Shown one piece after another: positions 50,425 to 58,609 of a DNA stretch of 64,000 nt (position 1 is its first letter; the number at the start of each line of letters is the position of its first letter). The notes under the pieces are model-generated. The model searched no databases and was not told the DNA's origin. It saw only the letters and a list, made by a program, of their open reading frames with translations. This DNA is from an uncultured Porphyromonadaceae bacterium (GTDB taxonomy: Bacteria; Bacteroidota; Bacteroidia; Bacteroidales; Muribaculaceae), in the NCBI GenBank assembly GCA_947649495.1, contig CANSRU010000001.1:54837-118836 (forward strand), written 5' to 3'. The position numbers and the translations under genes were made by a program.

Positions 50425-50456
50425 AAGAGGAATTTCCGCAAGGACATTCCTCTTTT
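50425..50456 (+). terminator. intrinsic terminator after tRNA-Leu
   Basis: AAGAGGAAT (50425-33) pairs with ATTCCTCTT (50446-54) and is followed by TT. Confidence 0.65.
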
Positions 50457-50542
50457 CCATATAATGAAATGTGTGAATTTACACCACTGCGCGCCCCGAC
50501 GCGTGCTACCTTTGCAGCGTAACAAACTAAACCAACCCACAC

Positions 50543-51025
50543 ATGAAATCGTTCCGCTTCAAAGAATCGTGGCTAATGGCCGTGGAGGCCATAGCCGACC
50601 CCACAATCCAGTCTGAACTCATGCTCGCCATAGCCCGTTACGGAATCAACGGCACGTTCACCCCGTCGGAGAACGACGTTGTCAATGCCGTGATGGCCAT
50701 TGTCATGGCCGAGACAGAATCCTCACGCCCATCAGCCACCGATTCAAAGGCCGTCGAACAGGTTAGCCTCGAGCAGGAGCTTTTCGACAAGGCCGAAGGG
50801 CAGATTGACGCCATGGGCATGCACGCTTCGCCCGCCGCAGCCCGCGAGGGCATTGGCGTCTGCTTCATCCGATTCAGGAACGAGTGTATGGCACACCGGC
50901 GTTTCCACTCGTCACGTCACGAACTCATCGAGGACTTCCGCCGACGCATTTCCAAAGACATCTACGGAATCCCGGTCATGGAAGCACGATTCTTCCGCCG
51001 AAGACCAGCGTCCCACACATCATAG
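50543..51025 (+). CDS. hypothetical protein
   Basis: 160-aa ORF at host-like GC, with a helical N-terminal ~60 aa (FRFKESWLMAVEAIADPTIQSELMLAIARYGING). No family confidently recognised. It converges on the ClC gene with a 6-nt gap. Confidence 0.5.
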   Translation: MKSFRFKESWLMAVEAIADPTIQSELMLAIARYGINGTFTPSENDVVNAVMAIVMAETESSRPSATDSKAVEQVSLEQELFDKAEGQIDAMGMHASPAAAREGIGVCFIRFRNECMAHRRFHSSRHELIEDFRRRISKDIYGIPVMEARFFRRRPASHTS

Positions 51026-51031
51026 ACAGAC

Positions 51032-52468
51032 TCAGCCTCGCTGCCTGCGCACCATCGACGCTATACCATTGCGGCGGTCCATTCGCCGCGAATAGAAGCT
51101 GTCGAGCGTAAACAACCGCACCACCCCAAACGACAACGCCGAACAGACCATCAATGGGAAAAACATGGGGAAAGCAGCAGCCATCTCGCTGGTGAGCAGA
51201 AGCGCCATGAGCGGTGCCCTGATTGCTCCGGCCATCACTCCGGCCATCCCGAACAGCGCGAAGTGCGCCACTTCAAGATGAGTGCCGAAAAGAGCGTTGG
51301 TCACCGTGGCAAACAAGAATCCAACCACACAACCTGCAAATAATGTAGGAGCGAAATCTCCGGCCACACCACCACCGCTGTTGGTGGCCGAGGTGGCAAA
51401 GCATTTCAACATCACCGTGCCGGCAGCTACCGCAACGAGAAGCCACAATCCGCCGCCCGCTGAAGCCCACGGACCATCTGCCAGCAGACCACCGGAATCG
51501 CCGTTGATCATACGTCCTATCACGCCATACCCCTCGCCGTAAAGTGCCGGAAACAAAAATACGGCACCCCCTATGGTTGCTCCGGCTAAAATATTCTTGA
51601 CCCACGGATTGCCGATAAGGGATAGCCAATGCTCCACCTTTTTCATTATATAGCTGTAGTACAACGAATACAATCCGCAGCATATTCCGAGCACCATCAC
51701 CGCAGGCACAACAGCCATATCGGTACCGGCCGAGGAGTCAAACGGCAAATCGACAGTGCATCCGCCACACAGATAGGCAGTCATCGCCGCGGTTATGGTC
51801 GATACCAGCAATACAAGCACATTGAGTGTGGTAAGTTCCATGCGCAGCACCTCGATGGTGAACAGCGCGCCACCTATCGGAGCCTTGAATATGCCCGCTA
51901 TTCCGGCGCCTGCACCGCAACCTATCATCACCATGACAGCCTGGGACGACAAACCGAACCTGCGCCCGAGATTGCTGCCTATGGCTGCCCCGACACATGC
52001 TATCGGCCCCTCCGAGCCGGCCGAGCCACCGAAACCCAGTGTCAGCGTGCTTGCCAGAATGGGGGTGAATGTAAGCTGAGGCCTGAGAGCGTAGTCCTTG
52101 CGCTTCAACGAGCCCATAAGCCGGCGCACCCCATGCGATATATTGTGGCGCAGCACATAGCGTGTAAAAATCCCGGTCAGCACAATGCCCGCCACCGGAA
52201 GAATGAGAAGCAGGATATTGGCACCCGCGGCATCAAGCCCACCGGTGAGAAACCGCGACACCATGGCTACGAGATGTTTCAGCAAAAAAGCGCCCACCCC
52301 CGCCAGCAGTCCTATTGCCGTGGCGAGAATGAACATGAACGGCCTGTCAGATATACGCCGGCGGCAAAAAGCCGCTATACGTGCCGTAAAACCATGTTGT
52401 GAAACATCCATACTATTAACAATCAATATATCACTCATAAAACGCCACATCAGCATAGTTTGTTCCAT
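51032..52468 (-). CDS. ClC family voltage-gated chloride channel / H+-Cl- antiporter
   Basis: 478 aa with selectivity-filter motifs GGSAGSEGP and GIFKAPIGG. The exact start is uncertain, as several in-frame Met codons lie near the N-terminus. Confidence 0.88.
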   Translation of the reverse strand: MEQTMLMWRFMSDILIVNSMDVSQHGFTARIAAFCRRRISDRPFMFILATAIGLLAGVGAFLLKHLVAMVSRFLTGGLDAAGANILLLILPVAGIVLTGIFTRYVLRHNISHGVRRLMGSLKRKDYALRPQLTFTPILASTLTLGFGGSAGSEGPIACVGAAIGSNLGRRFGLSSQAVMVMIGCGAGAGIAGIFKAPIGGALFTIEVLRMELTTLNVLVLLVSTITAAMTAYLCGGCTVDLPFDSSAGTDMAVVPAVMVLGICCGLYSLYYSYIMKKVEHWLSLIGNPWVKNILAGATIGGAVFLFPALYGEGYGVIGRMINGDSGGLLADGPWASAGGGLWLLVAVAAGTVMLKCFATSATNSGGGVAGDFAPTLFAGCVVGFLFATVTNALFGTHLEVAHFALFGMAGVMAGAIRAPLMALLLTSEMAAAFPMFFPLMVCSALSFGVVRLFTLDSFYSRRMDRRNGIASMVRRQRG

Positions 52469-52499
52469 CCCCGCACATTGGAGTATCCGGCTTTATTAT

Positions 52500-52507
52500 T
52501 ATCTTTG
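52500..52507 (+). promoter_or_regulatory. -7 promoter box TATCTTTG upstream of ptb
   Basis: Matches TAnnTTTG, 19 nt before the ATG at 52526. Confidence 0.45.
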
Positions 52508-52525
52508 CAAAAAAACTGACAGTCA

Positions 52526-53443
52526 ATGACACCTATAGCCAACTTCGACGAACTGCTACAGCGTTTCCACTCCTGCTCACAAAAAATAAGCATTGCCGTG
52601 GTATGCCCCGGCGACGATGCCACAACAGGAGCCATGGAGCAGGTACTGTGCCACGGCACTGCCACGTTTCACGCAATATGCGTCGGCTCGCCTGATAAAA
52701 CACTTCAGGAGCTACACACACAGTACCCTGACCGCATCACCATACACCATGTGGCTTCAGCCGAAGAAGCTTCAGCCATCGGCGTGCGGCTTGTTCACGA
52801 ATCGCAGGCCGATATCCTGATGAAAGGCACTGTCAACACCGATACACTACTGCGCGAAGTACTGAACAAAGAGTGCGGACTGCTCCCCGAAGGCCATGTG
52901 CTGAGCCATGCCACTCTCGTGCTTGCACCCGCCTACGGCAAGATGCTGCTGTTTTCCGATGCCGCGGTAATACCCCGGCCCACGCTTCCGCAGCTGCAAG
53001 CCATGGTGAGATACGACCTTGAGATTTGCCGGAAACTCGGTGTGAGCCGTCCGCAGGTGGCATTGATTCATTTTTCGGAAAAGACCAACCCCAAGTTCCC
53101 GCACACCATCGACTACCTGACACTCATACAGATGGCCGGAGAGGGCGCATTCGGCGAAACCGACATAGCTGGGCCCATGGATGTAAAGACGGCCTGCGAC
53201 CGCCACAGCGCGGAGGTAAAAGGCATCGATTCGACCGTTACAGGCAATGCCGATATACTTATATTCCCCAACCTCGAGGCCTCCAACACATTCTACAAGA
53301 CAGTGTCGTTTTTCGGCGGAGCCACCATGGCCGGAATGATTACCGGTGCGAAAGTACCCATTGTGCTGCCGTCGCGTGCCGACAGCATGCAATCCAAACT
53401 CTACAGCATGGCTCTCGCCTGCGTGGCCGGAATACAGAACTGA
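52526..53443 (+). CDS. ptb: phosphate butyryltransferase
   Basis: 305 aa from the phosphate acetyl/butyryltransferase family (ILMKGTVNT, PNLEASN), immediately upstream of buk. Confidence 0.88.
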   Translation: MTPIANFDELLQRFHSCSQKISIAVVCPGDDATTGAMEQVLCHGTATFHAICVGSPDKTLQELHTQYPDRITIHHVASAEEASAIGVRLVHESQADILMKGTVNTDTLLREVLNKECGLLPEGHVLSHATLVLAPAYGKMLLFSDAAVIPRPTLPQLQAMVRYDLEICRKLGVSRPQVALIHFSEKTNPKFPHTIDYLTLIQMAGEGAFGETDIAGPMDVKTACDRHSAEVKGIDSTVTGNADILIFPNLEASNTFYKTVSFFGGATMAGMITGAKVPIVLPSRADSMQSKLYSMALACVAGIQN

Positions 53444-53474
53444 CCCATAAACCTAAATCAAGAAATACACACCG

Positions 53475-54539
53475 ATGAAGATATTCGTAATCAATCCCGG
53501 CTCAACCTCAACAAAATTAGCTCTATACAACCAAGGCCGCGAAGTGTGGCGCCATACTCTCAACCACTCTGCGGTGGAGACATCGGGATTCGACAACATC
53601 AACATGCAGCTCCCCTACCGCATGGAGATGATGGAACAGACTTTGACCGACAACAACATAGCCCTTGACTTCGATGCTGTAATAGCCCGCGGAGGCCTCG
53701 TAAAACCCACCCCCGGTGGCGTATATGCGGTCGACGAACGGCTCCGGCACGACCTTGAGCACTCCCCCCTCGAACACGCATGCAATCTTGGCGGCCTGAT
53801 GGCCGACCTTCTTGCCGCACAGTGCGGATGTCCGGCCTTCATCGCCGACCCCGAGGTGGTCGACGAACTTATGCCGGAGGCCCGCCTCACAGGCCTACCC
53901 GACATAAACCGCCGCTCGATATTCCACGCGCTCAATACCAAAGCCGTAGCACGCCGCTATGCAGAATCCATCGGCCGCAACTATGAGGACCTCAACCTGA
54001 TTATGGTGCATCTCGGAGGAGGCATATCTGTTGGTGCCCACCGCCATGGCATGGTGATAGACGTGAACAACGCACTCAACGGCGACGGCCCTTTCACACC
54101 TGAACGCGCCGGAACCATACCGGCCGACGATCTTGTGGAACTCTGTTTCAGCGGCAATCATACCAAGGCCGAGATAAAACGTATGCTCAACGGCCGTGGT
54201 GGCCTGTCGGCTCACCTCGGCACCACCGATGTCAGGCTCATTGCCGAAAAAGCCACTGCCGGCGAAGAACCCTACCGCCGGGTGCTCGACGCCATGCTCT
54301 ACACCGTGGCACGCGAAGTCGGCGCCCGCGCCGTGGCGCTCAAAGGCGACATCGACGCCATAATACTCACCGGAGGCATAGCCCACAGCGACTACTGCGT
54401 GACGGGCATATCCCAATGGATAAGTTTCATAGCTCCAATAGTGGTGCGCGCAGGCGAGGACGAGCTCGACGCCCTGGCATTCAATGCCCTCGGCGCCCTT
54501 TCGGGACATCTTCCGGTGCTCAGCTACAATCCGCAATAA
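53475..54539 (+). CDS. buk: butyrate kinase
   Basis: 354 aa with MKIFVINPGSTSTK and an acetate/butyrate kinase ASKHA fold (VHLGGGISV, ILTGGIAHS). Confidence 0.92.
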   Translation: MKIFVINPGSTSTKLALYNQGREVWRHTLNHSAVETSGFDNINMQLPYRMEMMEQTLTDNNIALDFDAVIARGGLVKPTPGGVYAVDERLRHDLEHSPLEHACNLGGLMADLLAAQCGCPAFIADPEVVDELMPEARLTGLPDINRRSIFHALNTKAVARRYAESIGRNYEDLNLIMVHLGGGISVGAHRHGMVIDVNNALNGDGPFTPERAGTIPADDLVELCFSGNHTKAEIKRMLNGRGGLSAHLGTTDVRLIAEKATAGEEPYRRVLDAMLYTVAREVGARAVALKGDIDAIILTGGIAHSDYCVTGISQWISFIAPIVVRAGEDELDALAFNALGALSGHLPVLSYNPQ

Positions 54540-54589
54540 CCCCTCAGCACATTATTGACCACGGTTTTTCAAGTTACGGATATTTTCAT

Positions 54590-54597
54590 TAATTTTG
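54590..54597 (+). promoter_or_regulatory. -7 promoter box TAATTTTG upstream of efp
   Basis: Matches TAnnTTTG, 24 nt before the ATG at 54621. Confidence 0.45.
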
Positions 54598-54620
54598 TGG
54601 CCAAATAATTCGATAAATTT

Positions 54621-55187
54621 ATGATTAACGCTCAAGACATCAAGAACGGCACCTGTATCCGTATGGACGGCCGTCTTTACTTCTGCGTGGAATTCCTCCA
54701 CGTTAAGCCCGGCAAAGGAAATACATTCATGCGCACAAAGCTCAAGGACGTGGTCGACGGTCGCGTGCTCGAACGCCGCTTCAACATCGGCGAAAAGCTC
54801 GAGGATGTGCGTGTTGAACGCCGCCCCTTCCAGTATCTCTATGCCGATGGTGGCGACGACATCTTTATGAACAATGAGACCTACGAGCAAATTCCTATCA
54901 ACAAGGAGCTCGTTACCGGCGCCCCATACATGAAGGAAGGTGACACTGTGGAAGTGGTAACCGACGCATCGACCGAAACAGTGCTCTATGCCGAGATGCC
55001 CATCAAGACCGTGCTCAAAATCACCTATACCGAGCCCGGACTGAAAGGCGACACCGCCACCAACACCCTCAAGCCCGCCACTGTCGAAACTGGTGCTGAA
55101 GTACGCGTACCCCTGTTCGTCAACGAAGGCGACATGATTGAGGTTGACACCCGCGACGGCTCATATATAAGCCGTGTCAAAGCATAA
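54621..55187 (+). CDS. efp: elongation factor P
   Basis: 188 aa with [16 protein letters not shown] (the loop carrying the modified Lys/Arg position) and three OB/KOW-like domains. Confidence 0.95.
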   Translation: MINAQDIKNGTCIRMDGRLYFCVEFLHVKPGKGNTFMRTKLKDVVDGRVLERRFNIGEKLEDVRVERRPFQYLYADGGDDIFMNNETYEQIPINKELVTGAPYMKEGDTVEVVTDASTETVLYAEMPIKTVLKITYTEPGLKGDTATNTLKPATVETGAEVRVPLFVNEGDMIEVDTRDGSYISRVKA

Positions 55188-55260
55188 TTGACCACTATCA
55201 ACGGAATCTGTCGGGCGGAGGATATGAGATACATATCGCCGCCCGATTTGTTATATAACC

Positions 55261-55851
55261 ATGACTACATACCCTGACACCACACCCGCCCTCGAGCGGC
55301 ACCCATGGCCACCATTTATCCCCGATGGAGCCAGAATACTCATTATGGGCACATTCCCGCCCAAACCGCAGCGGTGGAGCATGGACTTCTACTACCCTAA
55401 CCGCATCAACGACTTCTGGCGCATAATGGGGCTCATTTTCCATGGCGACAAAGACTACTTCTGGGACGCCGCGCAAAAATCATTCCGGCTCGCCGACATC
55501 AAGACCTTGCTCAACGAACGTGGCATAGCCCTGAACGATACCGGCGCCGAGGTGAGAAGACTCAAGGACAACGCTTCCGACAAATTTCTCGAGATAGTCC
55601 GTCCGGTCAATCTCCATAGCCTGCTTGAGCGGATGCCACTGTGCCACACCGTGGCCACAACCGGCGAAAAAGCAGCCGGTGTGATAGCGGAACTCACCCA
55701 CACCACCATTCCCAAAATGGGTCAGATGGTCGTTTCCCCTGATGGTCTTGAAATATGGCGCATGCCCTCCACATCAAGAGCTTATCCGCTCGCGCTTGAA
55801 AAGAAAGCCGCCTGTTATGCGTCCATGTTCCATCATGCCGGCATAATATAA
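55261..55851 (+). CDS. uracil-DNA glycosylase superfamily protein (DNA-deoxyinosine/hypoxanthine glycosylase-like)
   Basis: 196 aa with ARILIMGTFPP...FYYPNRINDFW, typical of the small UDG-superfamily branch. Confidence 0.7.
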   Translation: MTTYPDTTPALERHPWPPFIPDGARILIMGTFPPKPQRWSMDFYYPNRINDFWRIMGLIFHGDKDYFWDAAQKSFRLADIKTLLNERGIALNDTGAEVRRLKDNASDKFLEIVRPVNLHSLLERMPLCHTVATTGEKAAGVIAELTHTTIPKMGQMVVSPDGLEIWRMPSTSRAYPLALEKKAACYASMFHHAGII

Positions 55852-55878
55852 TGGCCCTCATTAACTACAATTAACATT

Positions 55879-55886
55879 GGGGGGGG
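55879..55886 (+). repeat. homopolymeric G8 tract
   Basis: GGGGGGGG lies 24 nt upstream of the TAACTTTG box at 55910. It is the longest G/C homopolymer I noticed in the window. Confidence 0.95.
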
Positions 55887-55909
55887 TAATTTTCCCAAGT
55901 TGTTTTTAT

Positions 55910-55917
55910 TAACTTTG
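55910..55917 (+). promoter_or_regulatory. -7 promoter box TAACTTTG, about 310 nt upstream of the lipoprotein gene at 56231
   Basis: Matches TAnnTTTG, with a long untranslated region downstream. Confidence 0.4.
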
Positions 55918-56230
55918 CACCCGCAAACCGGCTCCGGCCGGAGGAAGCTCACATCACCGAGGCAATTCATCCCCATGGGGAGGAAAGTGATGGGACGGCT
56001 TTGCTTCCTGCCATTATTCATTAAACATATCTGCGTCCCGTCTTGCAGAATTTTTACCAGCGGCACCTGCGGCCGTTGTGAAGATTCGCATTATGACACA
56101 GACTGACGCAACCTCACAACTGACAAACATTTTCTCTCCACCACACTTACCGCACGGCATCAGGCCATGCGGCGTTCCGGCATGCATATACATATACTCC
56201 AACTTTTTATAAACCTATCATTTTTTAATC

Positions 56231-57076
56231 ATGAAGAAAAATCTATTTTACCTGGCCATGATGCTCTGCGGAGCGGCCATGATGACTGCCTGCGGCAGTG
56301 ACGACAACGGCGGATTCGGCAACAACACCGCGGGCGGACCTGCGGCTGTGCAGGCTGTCAATCCTTCGAAAGTGTTCGATGGCAAGATGCCCCAGTCCAT
56401 CAACGGACAGCGCATCCATACCGATGCCGCAGGCCGCGTAACAGCCATAGGATCCTCGGTGACTTTCACCTACATCACATCCGACGATGAATCACGCTCT
56501 ACCAAATCGTACGACGTGATAATGAACAACGGCAACCAAACCCTCTACCTGTGTCTTAATGAGAACGGATTCATAAAACACGCCGAATCTGATATCGAAG
56601 AATACGGATTCCAATATACCGGCAACCGCATATCTGCCATGTACTTCCGCGACAAAGAGGACAATTACACTGAAAAGACAACATTCAGCTACCAAGACAA
56701 TAATCTCGTATCCGTAAGCGGTTCAGGAGCAGGAATAGGCAATGGCACTTTGCGTACAAGCTATACCAACGAACAATACCCCAACGGTATTGAGAACAAA
56801 AACCGGTGGTTCTTTCCCAGCTATAACATAGGCGGTTTCGACTTCGAAGAGTTGCTGGGAGCTTACTATGCCGGCATGCTCGGTTATGGTTCTGAAAAAC
56901 TTCCATTGATGCTAAAAGAAGACGTGCGCTCATACGAGGGCAACTATACATCTACTGAGAAATATTCCTGGACGCTCAATTCTTCCGGATATCCTACCTA
57001 TGTAGTAGCAAACTGGACAGCATCAATGGGCGACGAATCAGAGTCAGGTTCGTTCTCAGTCTCATTCTCATGGTAA
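56231..57076 (+). CDS. hypothetical lipoprotein (YD/RHS-repeat-like beta-rich protein)
   Basis: 281 aa with the lipoprotein signal MKKNLFYLAMMLCGAAMMTAC and a GSDDNGG linker. Repeated short Y/F-x-Y-D/N-type beta segments are present (TFTYITSDD, FQYTGNRISAMYF, TFSYQDNNLVSVS). Confidence 0.65.
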   Translation: MKKNLFYLAMMLCGAAMMTACGSDDNGGFGNNTAGGPAAVQAVNPSKVFDGKMPQSINGQRIHTDAAGRVTAIGSSVTFTYITSDDESRSTKSYDVIMNNGNQTLYLCLNENGFIKHAESDIEEYGFQYTGNRISAMYFRDKEDNYTEKTTFSYQDNNLVSVSGSGAGIGNGTLRTSYTNEQYPNGIENKNRWFFPSYNIGGFDFEELLGAYYAGMLGYGSEKLPLMLKEDVRSYEGNYTSTEKYSWTLNSSGYPTYVVANWTASMGDESESGSFSVSFSW

Positions 57077-57128
57077 AATCCTGTATTATCGAAACAACAC
57101 ACATCTGACAGCTCCTCTCTCCCGACTT

Positions 57129-57165
57129 ATGCGTGACCTATCCACAATGGGTCACGCATTTTTTT
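57129..57165 (+). terminator. intrinsic terminator after the lipoprotein gene
   Basis: ATGCGTGACC (57129-38) pairs with GGTCACGCAT (57150-59) and is followed by TTTTTTT. Confidence 0.85.
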
Positions 57166-57209
57166 CATTGATGGCCGCACGCCACTTAGGATAATTGTGA
57201 ATTATTGAG

Positions 57210-57217
57210 TACCTTTG
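57210..57217 (+). promoter_or_regulatory. -7 promoter box TACCTTTG upstream of dedA
   Basis: Matches TAnnTTTG. It lies inside the ORF-track extension, which argues for the ATG at 57244 as the true start. Confidence 0.45.
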
Positions 57218-57243
57218 TTTTTCAAAACACTCCGACACACAGC

Positions 57244-57930
57244 ATGCTTGAATCACTAATTCCCGCGGCCCTCTTATTCGACCCCGCATCGATAGTCAAC
57301 TCTTTTCTCAACGCCGACAGCTCCACCATCTACCTGATGGTGTTCTGTTTCATGGTGATAGAGAGCTCGTTCATCCCATTTCCTTCGGAAGTTATAGTGC
57401 CTCCGGCGGCATATCTGGCATGCACCTCCCACGAAGTCAACATCTGGACGGTGATTATCCTCGCCACAGTCGGCGCCATAGTCGGCGCTCTGGTCAACTA
57501 TCTGTTGTCGTGGTGGATAGGCAGGCCGATAGTGTATCGTTTCGCCGATTCAAAATTTGGCCACGCATGTCTGATAGACCGCGCCAAGGTGGACAAGGCC
57601 GAGCGTTATTTCGACGACCACGGAGCCGTGTCCACATTCATCGGCCGACTGATACCCGCCGTGCGCCAGCTCATATCCATACCGGCCGGCATATCGCGCA
57701 TGAACATAGGCAAGTTCATAATCTTCACCGGACTTGGAGCCGGACTGTGGAACTGCATACTCGCCGCTCTCGGCTACTGGCTGAGCACCATGGTGAGCCG
57801 CGACGAGCTTTTTGCCAGTGTTGAGAAATACAACAGCTACCTGACATACGCCGGAATAGCTCTCGGAATAATCTGCGTGGCCTATATCGCTTACAATGCT
57901 TTCAAACCCCATAACAAAACTGTAAAATAA
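57244..57930 (+). CDS. dedA: DedA family membrane protein
   Basis: SNARE-associated/DedA pattern (FIPFPSEVIVPPAAY, GRLIPAVRQLISIPAG). Confidence 0.85.
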   Translation: MLESLIPAALLFDPASIVNSFLNADSSTIYLMVFCFMVIESSFIPFPSEVIVPPAAYLACTSHEVNIWTVIILATVGAIVGALVNYLLSWWIGRPIVYRFADSKFGHACLIDRAKVDKAERYFDDHGAVSTFIGRLIPAVRQLISIPAGISRMNIGKFIIFTGLGAGLWNCILAALGYWLSTMVSRDELFASVEKYNSYLTYAGIALGIICVAYIAYNAFKPHNKTVK

Positions 57931-57939
57931 CATACCGAC

Positions 57940-58587
57940 ATGGCTCTTATATCCCCCTCACTGCTTTCGGCCGACTTCGGCCAACTTGACCGCGACGTTG
58001 AGATGCTCAACGCTTCCGAAGCCGCAATGCTGCATCTCGATGTGATGGACGGCGTGTTCGTCCCCAACATCTCGTTCGGATTTCCGGTGCTCAAAAGCGT
58101 AGCCAAGAAAGCCGAAAAACCACTTGACGTCCATCTGATGATAGTCGACCCGGGACGCTACGTGAACCAGGTGCGCGACTGCGGAGCAGCCATAATGAAC
58201 GTACACTACGAGGCATGCACACATCTGCATCGCGTAGTGCAGCAGATAAAGCAGGCGGGAATGCAGGCTGCCGTAACGCTCAACCCATCCACACCCGTAA
58301 GCATGCTCGAGGATATAGTGGACGATGTCGACATGGTGCTTCTTATGTCGGTCAATCCCGGATTCGCCGCCCAGTCGTTCATACCCGGAACATTGAAAAA
58401 AGTGGCTCAGCTGCGCAACATGATAGAGGAGCACGGAGCCAAAGCGACCATTGAAGTCGACGGCGGGATAAACCTTGACACAGGCGCCCGGGTGATGGAA
58501 GCGGGAGCTGACATACTCGTGGCCGGCAACTTCGTGTTTGCATCGCCCGACCCCATCGACACAATCCACCGCCTGTCGCAGCTATAA
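57940..58587 (+). CDS. rpe: ribulose-phosphate 3-epimerase
   Basis: 215 aa with SLLSADF, HLDVMDGVFVPN, MSVNPGF and VDGGI motifs. Confidence 0.95.
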   Translation: MALISPSLLSADFGQLDRDVEMLNASEAAMLHLDVMDGVFVPNISFGFPVLKSVAKKAEKPLDVHLMIVDPGRYVNQVRDCGAAIMNVHYEACTHLHRVVQQIKQAGMQAAVTLNPSTPVSMLEDIVDDVDMVLLMSVNPGFAAQSFIPGTLKKVAQLRNMIEEHGAKATIEVDGGINLDTGARVMEAGADILVAGNFVFASPDPIDTIHRLSQL

Positions 58588-58609
58588 ACAGACTAACAAT
58601 CACTGAGCA

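Noticed and set aside
50414-51031. An integrated mobile element at the tRNA-Leu 3' end.
   Set aside because: There is no integrase, excisionase or transposase. The GC looks host-like. I could not spot a repeat of the tRNA 3' end downstream. The interval is only about 600 nt.
55852-56230. This 379-nt gap has about the size of RNase P RNA and contains GGAGGAAAGTGATGGGAC. I also noticed CACCGAGGCAA, which resembles the glycine riboswitch core.
   Set aside because: The universally conserved RNase P elements (GAGGAAAGUCCGGGC, ACAGAACCCGGCUUA) are absent. The glycine-riboswitch partners (GGAGAG, CUCAGGCAAAAGGAC) are also absent, and the downstream gene is unrelated to glycine metabolism. The B12 box GCCACTG is absent too.
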